Shown here in pieces: positions 1-13,100 of a DNA stretch of 43,334 bases (its first letter is position 1; every line of letters starts with the position of its first letter). Origin of the DNA: Nemertoderma westbladi. Lineage: Eukaryota; Animalia; Xenacoelomorpha. The notes under the pieces are model-generated. The model was not told the DNA's origin and ran no database searches. It worked only from the letters and a program-made list of their open reading frames with translations. The stretch spans positions 1-43,334 of the forward strand of contig JAUCBJ010000311.1 of NCBI GenBank assembly GCA_032718475.1. The letters are read 5' to 3'. A program made the translations under genes and the position numbers.

Positions 1-194
1 ACTGCCAGTCTGTAGGTCTGTTCAACTTTGACTGTCTGTCCGAATGTCTGTCTGCTTGTCTGTCAATTAGAATTACAGTAATGCTTGTAAAGTTCTATAT
101 AATTTTGGAAACAAACACAATATTATTTCAATAATTAGATATTATTGATTTATTCAGCAGCTCAACTCTTCCCATTTTTTCACTGCACCAGCGC

Positions 195-260
195 AAACAC
201 CAGGGGGGGGGTCGATTCGACCCCCCCCCCCCCCCCCCCTGCTCTAAGAGGGTTGGTTAA
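195..260. mobile_element. Probable remnant right end of a TTAA/piggyBac-like non-autonomous element
   Basis: G-run-TCGATTCGA-C-run palindrome followed by ...ctaagAGGGTTggttaa. Same layout as the right end of the 26872-28436 element (G-run-TCAATATGA-C-run...taatAGGGTTAA). Confidence 0.4.
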
Positions 261-760
261 CTCAGGTGACACAAGTATACTCACCACAGCTGTTCGGTGC
301 CCTTTGCATAGATTTAAACAAGATTCTATTTAAGACTATTTTTTTATTTATTCAATAGCCAAATACTAGAATAGCATTTATATATACACCATTCCTACAT
401 TTTTCCGTTGTCAACCACATGGACTCCTAAAGCCATCAAATATCTCGAAAGCCATGGGGCGCCAAATCAAAATTTTGATTTTTTTAGGCAATTTGGGCCA
501 ATAGTAAATGATAATAATAAATGGCATTGATTGGCATCCGTTTTGTATTTGTGGTAGATAAAGGGTTAAGAGCAGCAGTAGAACCAGTACACCTACAATT
601 GCGTTCATTCTTGTCTCTGCTGATGAAACAAATACTCTGGTTGGTTCATACACATGAGTGATAAATTGGTTCACTTTATCAAGTGCAAACCCCACAATCT
701 AACTATATAACATCTACTCTAACTATATAACATTAGATGTGTCTCATTGGATATTTTCAG

Positions 761-823
761 GGCATTGCTTTCGTCTTGAGGACAAGCTTGTGAACTATCT
801 CGTGTTTTGGCAGCCTGATGGAG
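761..823 (+). other. Candidate isolated 63-bp internal exon (HCFRLEDKLVNYLVFWQPDG)
   Basis: Preceded by attttcAG and followed by GTaat; length is a multiple of 3 and one frame is open. No recognised homology and no partner exons. Confidence 0.2.
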
Positions 824-1123
824 GTAATAAGCATGCTTGACAGCCCATGTCTTTATTATTGAGACGCCTCTTAAATGAGAATGGCCTTGGTGATACGGAT
901 AATCTGTCGATTAGCCGGCATAGCATTCTAAATACAGGCTGCATTACAGCATGCTGATTGTAGATTGCATGGTGGCAGCGCAAATTACTGTAAATGTTAT
1001 GCTTGCATAGTAATCAAGGTCTAGAATACTAAAATATTAATTAAATTTCATAAATTATGCAATTTAATGTTAAATTTTAATTAAAGCCATCCGTGTGATA
1101 GATCACCGAAAATTCATTCGTGG

Positions 1124-4100
1124 CCATCTAGCTGGAGGAGTCCCCTCTAGATGGACGAGTCCCCTCTAGCTGGATGAGTCCCCTCTAGCTGGAGGAGTCC
1201 CTTCTAGCTGGAAGAGTCCCCTCTAGCTAGAGGAGAACCATTTAGCTGGAAGAGTCCCCTCTGGCTGGAGGAGTTCCCTCTAGCTGGAGGAGTCCCATCT
1301 AGCTGGAGGAGTCCCATCTAGCTGGAGGAGTCCCCTCTAGCTGGAAGAGTCCCATCTAGCTGGAGGAGTCCCATCTAGCTGGATGAGTCCCCTCTGGCTG
1401 GAGGAGTCCCCTCTAGCTAGAGGAGAACCATTTAGCTGGAAGAGTTCCATCTAGCTGGAGGAGTCCCATCTAGCCGGAGGAGTCCCATCTAGCTGGATGA
1501 GTCCCCTCTGGCTGGAGGAGTCCCCTCTAGCTAGAGGAGAACCATTTAGCTGGAAGAGTTCCATCTAGCTGGAGGAGTCCCATCTAGCTGGATGAGTCCC
1601 CTCTGGCTGGAGGAGTCCCCTCTGGCTGGAGGAGTCCCATCTAGCTGGAGGAGTCCCATCTAGCTGGAGGAGTCCCATCTAGCTGGAGGAGTCCCCTCTA
1701 GCTGGAAGAGTCCCCTCTGGCTGGAGGAGTCCCATCTAGCTGGAGGAGTCCCCTCTAGCTGGAGGAGTCCCCTCTAGCTGGAGGAGTCCCCTCTAGCTGG
1801 AGGAGTCCCCTCTAGCTAGAGGAGAACCATTTAGCTGGAAGAGTCCCCTCTGGCTGGAGGAGTTCCCTCTAGCTGGAGGAGTCCCATCTAGCTGGAGGAG
1901 TCCCATCTAGCTGGAGGAGTCCCCTCTAGCTGGAAGAGTCCCATCTAGCTGGAGGAGTCCCATCTAGCTGGATGAGTCCCCTCTGGCTGGAGGAGTCCCC
2001 TCTAGCTAGAGGAGAACCATTTAGCTGGAAGAGTTCCATCTAGCTGGAGGAGTCCCATCTAGCTGGAGGAGTCCCATCTAGCTGGAGGAGTCCCCTCTAG
2101 CTGGAAGAGTCCCATCTAGCTGGAGGAGTCCCATCTAGCTAGAGGAGAACCATTTAGCTGGAAGAGTCCCATCTAGCTGGAAGAGTTCCATCTAGCTGGA
2201 GGAGTCCCATCTAGCTGGAGGAGTCCCATCTAGCTAGAGGAGAACCATTTAGCTGGAAGAGTCCCATCTAGCTGGAAGAGTTCCATCTAGCTGGAGGAGT
2301 CCCCTCTAGCTAGAGGAGAACCATTTAGCTGGAAGAGTTCCATCGAGCTGGAGGAGTCCCATCTAGCTGGAGGAGTCCCATCTAGCTGGAGGAGTCCCCT
2401 CTAGCTGGAAGAGTCCCATCTAGCTGGAGGAGTCCCCTCTAGCTAGAGGAGAACCATTTAGCTGGAAGAGTCCCATCTAGCTGGAAGAGTCCCATCTAGC
2501 TGGAGGAGTCCCATCTAGCTGGAGGAGTCCCCTCTAGCTGGAGGAGTCCCCTCTAGCTAGAGGAGAACCATTTAGCTGGAAGAGTCCCATCTAGCTGGAA
2601 GAGTTCCATCTAGCTGGAGGAGTCCCCTCTAGCTGGAGGAGTCCCCTCTAGCTGGATGAGTCCCTTCTAGCTGGAAGAGTCCCATCTAGCTGGAGGAGTC
2701 CCATCTAGCTGGAGGAGTCCCCTCTAGCTGGAGGAGTCCCCTCTAGCTAGAGGAGAACCATTTAGCTGGAAGAGTCCCCTCTAGCTGGAAGAGTCCCATC
2801 TAGCTGGAGGAGTCCCCTCTAGCTAGAGGAGAACCATTTAGCAGGAAGAGTCCCATCTAGCTGGAAGAGTTCCATCTAGCTGGAGGAGTCCCCTCTAGCT
2901 GGAGGAGTCCCCTCTAGCTGGATGAGTCCCTTCTAGCTGGAAGAGTCCCATCTAGCTGGAGGAGTCCCATCTAGCTGGAGGAGTCCCCTCTAGCTGGAGG
3001 AGTCCCCTCTAGCTAGAGGAGAACCATTTAGCTGGAAGAGTCCCCTCTAGCTGGAAGAGTCCCATCTAGCTGGAGGAGTCCCATCTAGCTGGAGGAGTCC
3101 CCTCTAGCTGGAGGAGTCCCCTCTAGCTAAAGGAGTCCCATCTAGCTGGAAGAGTTCCATCTAGCTGGAGGAGTCCCATCTAGCTGGAGGAGTCCCCTCT
3201 AGCTGGAAGAGTCCCATCTAGCTGGAGGAGTCCCATCTAGCTAGAGGAGAACCATTTAGCTGGAAGAGTCCCATCTAGCTGGAAGAGTTCCATCTAGCTG
3301 GAGGAGTCCCATCTAGCTGGAGGAGTCCCATCTAGCTAGAGGAGAACCATTTAGCTGGAAGAGTCCCATCTAGCTGGAAGAGTTCCATCTAGCTGGAGGA
3401 GTCCCCTCTAGCTAGAGGAGAACCATTTAGCTGGAAGAGTTCCATCTAGCTGGAGGAGTCCCATCTAGCTGGAGGAGTCCCATCTAGCTGGAGGAGTCCC
3501 CTCTAGCTGGAAGAGTCCCATCTAGCTGGAGGAGTCCCCTCTAGCTAGAGGAGAACCATTTAGCTGGAAGAGTCCCATCTAGCTGGAAGAGTCCCATCTA
3601 GCTGGAGGAGTCCCATCTAGCTGGGGGAGTCCCCTCTAGCTGGAGGAGTCCCCTCTAGCTAGAGGAGAACCATTTAGCTGGAAGAGTCCCATCTAGCTGG
3701 AAGAGTTCCATCTAGCTGGAGGAGTCCCCTCTAGCTGGAGGAGTCCCCTCTAGCTGGATGAGTCCCTTCTAGCTGGAAGAGTCCCATCTAGCTGGAGGAG
3801 TCCCATCTAGCTGGAGGAGTCCCCTCTAGCTGGAGGAGTCCCCTCTAGCTAGAGGAGAACCATTTAGCTGGAAGAGTCCCCTCTAGCTGGAAGAGTCCCA
3901 TCTAGCTGGATGAGTCCCCTCTGGCTGGAGGAGTCCCCTCTAGCTAGAGGAGAACCATTTAGCTGGAAGAGTTCCATCTAGCTGGAGGAGTCCCATCTAG
4001 CCGGAGGAGTCCCATCTAGCTGGATGAGTCCCCTCTGGCTGGAGGAGTCCCCTCTAGCTAGAGGAGAACCATTTAGCTGGAAGAGTTCCATCTAGCTGGA

Positions 4101-7100
4101 GGAGTCCCATCTAGCTGGATGAGTCCCCTCTGGCTGGAGGAGTCCCCTCTGGCTGGAGGAGTCCCATCTAGCTGGAGGAGTCCCATCTAGCTGGAGGAGT
4201 CCCATCTAGCTGGAGGAGTCCCCTCTAGCTGGAAGAGTCCCCTCTGGCTGGAGGAGTCCCATCTAGCTGGAGGAGTCCCCTCTAGCTGGAGGAGTCCCCT
4301 CTAGCTGGAGGAGTCCCCTCTAGCTGGAGGAGTCCCCTCTAGCTAGAGGAGAACCATTTAGCTGGAAGAGTCCCCTCTGGCTGGAGGAGTTCCCTCTAGC
4401 TGGAGGAGTCCCATCTAGCTGGAGGAGTCCCATCTAGCTGGATGAGTCCCCTCTGGCTGGAGGAGTCCCCTCTAGCTAGAGGAGAACCATTTAGCTGGAA
4501 GAGTTCCATCTAGCTGGAGGAGTCCCATCTAGCTGGAGGAGTCCCATCTAGCTGGAGGAGTCCCCTCTAGCTGGAAGAGTCCCATCTAGCTGGAGGAGTC
4601 CCATCTAGCTAGAGGAGAACCATTTAGCTGGAAGAGTCCCATCTAGCTGGAAGAGTTCCATCTAGCTGGAGGAGTCCCATCTAGCTGGAGGAGTCCCATC
4701 TAGCTAGAGGAGAACCATTTAGCTGGAAGAGTCCCATCTAGCTGGAAGAGTTCCATCTAGCTGGAGGAGTCCCCTCTAGCTAGAGGAGAACCATTTAGCT
4801 GGAAGAGTTCCAACTAGCTGGAGGAGTCCCATCTAGCTGGAGGAGTCCCATCTAGCTGGAGGAGTCCCCTCTAGCTGGAAGAGTCCCATCTAGCTGGAGG
4901 AGTCCCCTCTAGCTAGAGGAGAACCATTTAGCTGGAAGAGTCCCATCTAGCTGGAAGAGTCCCATCTAGCTGGAGGAGTCCCATCTAGCTGGAGGAGTCC
5001 CCTCTAGCTGGAGGAGTCCCTTCTAGCTAGAGGAGAACCATTTAGCTGGAAGAGTCCCATCTAGCTGGAAGAGTTCCATCTAGCTGGAGGAGTCCCCTCT
5101 AGCTGGAGGAGTCCCCTCTAGCTGGATGAGTCCCTTCTAGCTGGAAGAGTCCCATCTAGCTGGAGGAGTCCCATCTAGCTGGAGGAGTCCCCTCTAGCTG
5201 GAGGAGTCCCCTCTAGCTAGAGGAGAACCATTTAGCTGGAAGAGTCCCCTCTAGCTGGAAGAGTCCCATCTAGCTGGAGGAGTCCCCTCTAGCTAGAGGA
5301 GAACCATTTAGCTGGAAGAGTCCCATCTAGCTGGAAGAGTTCCATCTAGCTGGAGGAGTCCCCTCTAGCTGGAGGAGTCCCCTCTAGCTGGATGAGTCCC
5401 TTCTAGCTGGAAGAGTCCCATCTAGCTGGAGGAGTCCCATCTAGCTGGAGGAGTCCCCTCTAGCTGGAGGAGTCCCCTCTAGCTAGAGGAGAACCATTTA
5501 GCTGGAAGAGTCCCCTCTAGCTGGAAGAGTCCCATCTAGCTGGAGGAGTCCCCTCTAGCTAGAGGAGAACCATTTAGCTGGAAGAGTCCCATCTAGCTGG
5601 AAGAGTTCCATCTAGCTGGAGGAGTCCCCTCTAGCTGGAGGAGTTCCCTCTAGCTGGAGGAGTTCCCTCTAGCTGGAGGAGTCCCCTCTAGCTGGAGGTG
5701 TCCCATCTAGCTGGAGGAGTCCCATCTAGCTGGAAGAGTCCCATCTAGCTGGAAGAGTTCCATCTAGCTGGAGGAGTCCCATCTAGCTGGATGAGTCCCA
5801 TCTAGCTGGAAGAGTTCCATCTAGCTGGAGGAGTCCCATCTAGCTGGATGAGTCCCATCTAGCTGGACGAGTCCCATCTAGCTGGAGGAGTCCCATCTAG
5901 CTGGAGGAGTCCCATCTAGCTGGAGGAGTCCCATCTAGCTGGAAGAGTTCCATCTAGCTGGAGGAGTCCCATCTAGCTGGATGAGTCCCCTCTAGCTAGA
6001 GGAGAACCATTTAGCTGGAAGAGTCCCATCTAGCTGGAGGAGTCCCATATAGCTGGAAGAGTTCCATCTAGCTGGAGGAGTCCCATCTAGCTGGATGAGT
6101 CCCCTCTAGCTAGAGGAGAACCATTTAGCTGGATGAGTCCCATCTAGCTGGAAGAGTTCCATCTAGCTGGATGAGTCCCATCTAGCTGGACGAGTCCCAT
6201 CTAGCTGGAGGAGTCCCATCTAGCTGGAGGAGTCCCATCTAGCTGGAAGAGTTCCATCTAGCTGGATGAGTCCCCTCTAGCTAGAGGAGAACCATTTAGC
6301 TGGAAGAGTCCCATCTAGCTGGAGGAGTCCCATATAGCTAGAGGAGAACCATTTAGCTGGAAGAGTCCCATCTAGCTGGAGGAGTCCCATATAGCTGGAA
6401 GAGTTCCATCTAGCTGGAGGAGTCCCCTCTAGCTGGAGGAGTTCCCTCTAGCTGGAGGAGTTCCCTCTAGCTGGAGGAGTCCCCTCTAGCTGGAGGTGTC
6501 CCATCTAGCTGGAGGAGTCCCATCTAGCTGGAAGAGTCCCATCTAGCTGGAAGAGTTCCATCTAGCTGGAGGAGTCCCATCTAGCTGGATGAGTCCCATC
6601 TAGCTGGAAGAGTTCCATCTATCTGGAGGAGTCCCATCTAGCTGGATGAGTCCCATCTAGCTGGACGAGTCCCATCTAGCTGGAGGAGTCCCATCTAGCT
6701 GGAGGAGTCCCATCTAGCTGGAGGAGTCCCATCTAGCTGGAAGAGTTCCATCTAGCTGGAGGAGTCCCATCTAGCTGGATGAGTCCCCTCTAGCTAGAGG
6801 AGAACCATTTAGCTGGAAGAGTCCCATCTAGCTGGAGGAGTCCCATATAGCTGGAAGAGTTCCATCTAGCTGGAGGAGTCCCATCTAGCTGGATGAGTCC
6901 CCTCTAGCTAGAGGAGAACCATTTAGCTGGAGGAGTCCCATCTAGCTGGATGAGTCCCCTCTAGCTAGAGGAGAACCATCTAGCTGGATGAGTCCCCTCT
7001 ACCTAGAGGAGAACCATTTAGCTGGAGGAGTCCCATCTAGCTGGATGAGTCCCCTCTAGCTAGAGGAGAACCATTTAGCTGGAAGAGTCCCATCTAGCTG

Positions 7101-10100
7101 GAAGAGTTCCATCTAGCTGGAGGAGTCCCATCTAGCTGGAGGAGTCCCATCTAGCTGGAGGAGTCCCATCTAGCTGGATGAGTCCCATCTAGCTGGACGA
7201 GTCCCATCTAGCTGGAGGAGTCCCATCTAGCTGGATGAGTCCCCTCTAGCTAGAGGAGAACCATCTAGCTGGATGAGTCCCCTCTAGCTAGAGGAGAACC
7301 ATTTAGCTGGAGGAGTCCCATCTAGCTGGATGAGTCCCCTCTAGCTAGAGGAGAACCATTTAGCTGGAAGAGTCCCATCTAGCTGGAAGAGTTCCATCTA
7401 GCTGGAGGAGTCCCATCTAGCTGGAGGAGTCCCATCTAGCTGGAGGAGTCCCATCTAGCTGGATGAGTCCCATCTAGCTGGACGAGTCCCATCTAGCTGG
7501 ACGAGTCCCATCTAGCTGGAGGAGTCCCATCTAGCTGGATGAGTCCCATCTAGCTGGACGAGTCCCATCTAGCTGGAGGAGTCCCATCTAGCTGGAGGAG
7601 TCCCATCTAACTGGAAGAGTTCCATCTAGCTGGAGGAGTCCCATCTAGCTGGATGAGTCCCCTCTAGCTAGAGGCTAACCATTTAGCTGGAAGAGTCCCA
7701 TCTAGCTGGAAGAGTTCCATCTAGCTGGAGGAGTCCCATCTAGCTGGATGAGTCCCCTCTAGCTAGAGGAGAACCATTTAGCTGGAGGAGTCCCATCTAG
7801 CTGGATGAGTCCCCTCTAGCTAGAGGAGAACCATTTAGCTGGAAGAGTCCCATCTAGCTGGAAGAGTTCCATCTAGCTGGAGGAGTCCCATCTAGCTGGA
7901 TGAGTCTCATCTAGCTGGATGAGTCCCATCTAGCTGGAGGAGTCCCATCTAGCTGGAGGAGTCCCATCTAGCTGGAAGAGTTCCATCTAGCTGGAGGAGT
8001 CCCATCTAGCTGGATGAGTCCCCTCTAGCTAGAGGAGAACCATTTAGCTGGAAGAGTCCCATATAGCTGGAAGAGTTCCATCTAGCTGGAGGAGTCCCCT
8101 CTAGCTGGAGGAGTCCCCTCTAGCTAGAGGAGAACCATTTAGCTGGAAGAGTCCCATCTAGCTGGAGGAGTCCCATCTAGCTGGAAGAGTTCCATCTAGC
8201 TGGAGGAGTCCCATCTAGCTGGATGAGTCCCCTCTAGCTAGAGGAGAACCATTTAGCTGGAAGAGTCCCATCTAGCTGGAAGAGTTCCATCTAGCTGGAG
8301 GAGTCCCATCTAGCTGGATGAGTCCCATCTAGCTGGACGAGTCCCATCTAGCTGGAGGAGTCCCATCTAGCTGGATGAGTCCCCTCTAGCTAGAGGAGAA
8401 CCATTTAGCTGGATGAGTCCCATCTAGCTGGACGAGTCCCATCTAGCTGGAGGAGTCCCATCTAGCTGGATGAGTCCCCTCTAGCTAGAGGAGAACCATT
8501 TAGCTGGAAGAGTCCCATCTAGCTGGAGGAGTCCCATCTAGCTGGAGGAGTCCCATCTAGCTGGATGAGTCCCCTCTAGCTAGAGGAGAACCATTTAGCT
8601 GGAAGAGTCCCATCTAGCTGGAGGAGTCCCATCTAGCTAGAGGAGAACCATTTAGCTGGAAGAGTCCCATCTAGCTGGAAGAGTTCCATCTAGCTGGAGG
8701 AGTCCCATCTAGCTAGAGGAGAACCATTTAGCTGGAAGAGTCCCATCTAGCTGGAGGAGTCCCATCTAGCTAGAGGAGAACCATTTAGCTGGAAGAGTCC
8801 CATCTAGCTGGAAGAGTCCCATCTAGCTGGAGGAGTCCCATCTAGCTGGATGAGTCCCCTCTAGCTAGAGGAGAACCATTTAGCTGGAAGAGTCCCATCT
8901 AGCTGGAGGAGTCCCATCTAGCTAGAGGAGAACCATTTAGCTGGAAGAGTCCCATCTAGCTGGAGGAGTCCCATCTAGCTGGAGGAGTCCCATCTAGCTG
9001 GATGAGTCCCCTCTAGCTAGAGGAGAACCATTTAGCTGGAAGAGTCCCATCTAGCTGGAAGAGTTCCATCTAGCTGGAGGAGTCCCCTCTAGCTGGAGGA
9101 GTCCCCTCTAGCTAGAGGAGAACCATTTAGCTGGAAGAGTCCCATCTAGCTGGAGGAGTCCCATCTAGCTGGAGGAGTCCCATCTAGCTGGATGAGTCCC
9201 CTCTAGCTAGAGGAGAACCATTTAGCTGGAAGAGTCCCATCTAGCTGGAGGAGTCCCATCTAGCTGGAGGAGTTCCCTCTAGCTAGAGGAGAACCATTTA
9301 GCTGGAAGAGTCCCATCTAGCTGGAGGAGTCCCATCTAGCTGGAGGAGTCCCATCTAGCTGGATGAGTCCCCTCTAGCTAGAGGAGAACCATTTAGCTGG
9401 AAGAGTCCCATCTAGCTGGAGGAGTCCCCTCTAGCTGGAGGAGTTCCCTCTAGCTAGAGGAGAACCATTGAGCTGGAAGAGTCCCATCTAGCTGGAGGAG
9501 TCCCATCTAGCTGGAGGAGTCCCATCTAGCTGGATGAGTCCCCTCTAGCTAGAGGAGAACCATTTAGCTGGAAGAGTCCCATCTAGCTGGAGGAGTCCCA
9601 TCTAGCTGGAGGAGTTCCCTCTAGCTAGAGGAGAACCATTTAGCTGGAAGAGTCCCATCTAGCTGGAGGAGTCCCATCTAGCTGGAAGAGTTCCATCTAG
9701 CTGGAGGATTCCCCTCTAGCTGGAGGAGTCCCCTCTAGCTAGAGGAGAACCATTTAGCTGGAAGAGTCCCATCTAGCTGGAGGAGTCCCATCTAGCTGGA
9801 GGAGTCCCATCTAGCTGGATGAGTCCCCTCTAGCTAGAGGAGAACCATTTAGCTGGAAGAGTCCCATCTAGCTGGAGGAGTCCCATCTAGCTGGAGGAGT
9901 CCCATCTAGCTGGATGAGTCCCCTCTAGCTAGAGGAGAACCATTTAGCTGGAAGAGTCCCATCTAGCTGGAGGAGTCCCATCTAGCTGGAGGAGTTCCCT
10001 CTAGCTAGAGGAGAACCATTTAGCTGGAAGAGTCCCATCTAGCTGGAGGAGTCCCATCTAGCTGGAGGAGTCCCATCTAGCTGGATGAGTCCCCTCTAGC

Positions 10101-13100
10101 TAGAGGAGAACCATTTAGCTGGAAGAGTCCCATCTAGCTGGAGGAGTCCCATCTAGCTGGAGGAGTTCCCTCTAGCTAGAGGAGAACCATTTAGCTGGAA
10201 GAGTCCCATCTAGCTGGAGGAGTCCCATCTAGCTGGAGGAGTCCCATCTAGCTGGATGAGTCCCCTCTAGCTAGAGGAGAACCATTTAGCTGGAAGAGTC
10301 CCATCTAGCTGGAGGAGTCCCATCTAGCTGGAGGAGTTCCCTCTAGCTAGAGGAGAACCATTTAGCTGGAAGAGTCCCATCTAGCTGGAGGAGTCCCATC
10401 TAGCTGGAGGAGTCCCATCTAGCTGGAGGAGTCCCCTCTAGCTAGAGGAGAACCATTTAGCTGGAAGAGTCCCATCTAGCTGGAGGAGTCCCATCTAGCT
10501 GGAGGAGTTCCCTCTAGCTAGAGGAGAACCATTTAGCTGGAAGAGTCCCATCTAGCTGGAGGAGTCCCATCTAGCTGGAGGAGTCCCATCTAGCTGGAGG
10601 AGTCCCCTCTAGCTGGAGGAGTCCCCTCTAGCTAGAGGAGAACCATTTAGCTGGAAGAGTCCCATCTAGCTGGAGGAGTCCCATCTAGCTGGAGGAGTTC
10701 CCTCTAGCTAGAGGAGAACCATTTAGCTGGAAGAGTCCCATCTAGCTGGAGGAGTCCCATCTAGCTGGAGGAGTCCCCTCTAGCTGGACGAGTCCCCTCT
10801 AGCTAGAGGAGAACCATTTAGCTGGAAGAGTCCCATCTAGCTGGAAGAGTTCCATCTAGCTGGAGGAGTCCCATCTAGCTGGATGAGTCCCCTCTAGCTA
10901 GAGGAGAACCATTTAGCTGGAAGAGTCCCCTCTAGCTGGAAGAGTTCCATCTAGCTGGAGGAGTCCCCTCTAGCTGGAGGAGTCCCATCTAGCTGGAGGA
11001 GTCCCATCTAGCTGGAGGAGTCCCCTCTAGCTGGAGGAGTCCCATCTAGCTGGAGGAGTCCCATCTAGCTGGAGGAGTCCCCTCTAGCTGGAGGAGTCCC
11101 ATCTAGCTGGATGAGTCCCCTCTAGCTGTACGAGTCCCCTCTAGCTAGAGGAGAACCATTTAGCTGGAAGAGTCCCATCTAGCTGGAAGAGTTCCATCTA
11201 GCTGGAGGAGTCCCCTCTAGCTGGATGAGTCCCATCTAGCTGGAGGAGTCCCATCTAGCTGGATGAGTCCCCTCTAGCTGGAGGAGTCCCCTCTAGCTAG
11301 AGGAGAACCATTTAGCTGGAAGAGTCCCATCTAGCTGGAGGAGTTCCCATCTAGCTGGAGGAGTCCCCTCTAGCTGGAGGAGTCCCATCTAGCTGGAGGA
11401 GTCCCCTCTAGCTGGAGGAGTCCCATCTAGCTGGAGGAGTCCCATCTAGCTGGAGGAGTCCCATCTAGCTGGAGGAGTCCCCTCTAGCTGGAGGAGTCCC
11501 ATCTAGCTGGAGGAGTCCCATCTAGCTGGAGGAGTCCCCTCTAGCTGGAAGAGTCCCATCTAGCTGGAGGAGTCCCATCTAGCTGGATGAGTCCCCTCTG
11601 GCTGGAGGAGTCCCCTCTAGCTAGAGGAGAACCATTTAGCTGGAGGAGTCCCTTCTAGCTGGAAGATTTCCATCTAGCTGGAGGAGTCCCCTCTAGCTGG
11701 AGGAGTCCCATCTAGCTGGAGGAGTCCCCTCTAGCTAGAGGAGTCCCCTCTAGCTGGAGGAGTCCCATCTAGCTGGAGGAGTCCCCTCTAGCTGGAGGAG
11801 TCCCATCTAGCTGGAGGAGTCCCATCTAGCTGGAGGAGTTCCCTCTAGCTGGAGGAGTTCCCTCTAGCTGGAGGAGTCCCATCTAGCTGGAGGATTCCCA
11901 TCTAGCTGGAGGAGTCCCCTCTAGCTGGAGGAGTTCCCTCTAGCTGGAGGAGTTCCCTCTAGCTGGAGGAGTCCCATCTAGCTGGAGGAGTCCCATCTAG
12001 CTGGAGGAGTCCCATCTAGCTGGAGGAGTCCCCTCTAGCTGGAGGAGTCCCATCTAGCTGGATGAGTTCCCTCTAGCTGGACGAGTCCCCTCTAGCTAGA
12101 GGAGAACCATTTAGCTGGAAGAGTCCCATCTAGCTGGAAGAGTTCCATCTAGCTGGAGGAGTCCCCTCTAGCTGGAGGAGTCCCATCTAGCTGGAGGAGT
12201 CCCATCTAGCTGGATGAGTCCCCTCTAGCTGGACGAGTCCCCTCTAGCTGGAGGAGTCCCATCTAGCTGGAAGAGTCCCATCTAGCTGGAAGAGTTCCAT
12301 CTAGCTGGAGGAGTCCCCTCTAGCTGGAGGAGTCCCATCTAGCTGGAGGAGTCCCCTCTAGCTGGAGGAGTCCCATCTAGCTGGAGGAGTCCCATCTAGC
12401 TGGAGGAGTCCCATCTAGCTGGAGGAGTCCCCTCTAGCTGGAGGAGTCCCATCTAGCTGGAGGAGTCCCATCTAGCTGGAGGAGTCCCCTCTAGCTGGAG
12501 GAGTCCCATCTAGCTGGAGGAGTCCCATCTAGCTGGAGGAGTCCCCTCTGGCTGGAGGAGTCCCCTCTAGCTAGAGGAGAACCATTTAGCTGGAGGAGTC
12601 CCCTCTAGCTGGAGGAGTCCCATCTAGCTGGAGGAGTCCCCTCTAGCTGGAGGAGTCCCCTCTAGCTGGAGGAGTCCCATCTAGCTGGAGGAGTCCCCTC
12701 TAGCTGGAGGAGTCCCATCTAGCTGGAGGAGTCCCATCTAGCTGGAGGAGTCCCATCTAGCTGGAGGAGTCCCCTCTAGCTGGAGGAGTTCCCTCTAGCT
12801 GGAGGAGTTCCCTCTAGCTGGAGGAGTCCCATCTAGCTGGAGGAGTCCCATCTAGCTGGAGGAGTCCCCTCTAGCTGGAGGAGTCCCCTCTAGCTGGAGG
12901 AGTCCCCTCTAGCTGGAGGAGTCCCCTCTAGCTGGAGGAGTCCCATCTAGCTGGAGGAGTCCCCTCTAGCTGGAGGAGTCCCATCTAGCTGGAGGAGTCC
13001 CCTCTAGCTGGAGGAGTCCCATCTAGCTGGAGGAGTCCCCTCTAGCTGGAGGAGTCTCATCTAGCTGGAGGAGTCCCATCTAGCTGGAGGAGTCCCCTCT

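Noticed and set aside
411-983. Short minus-strand ORFs (94 aa and 62 aa) left of the array
   Set aside because: Non-ATG starts, no recognisable domain and no supporting gene structure.
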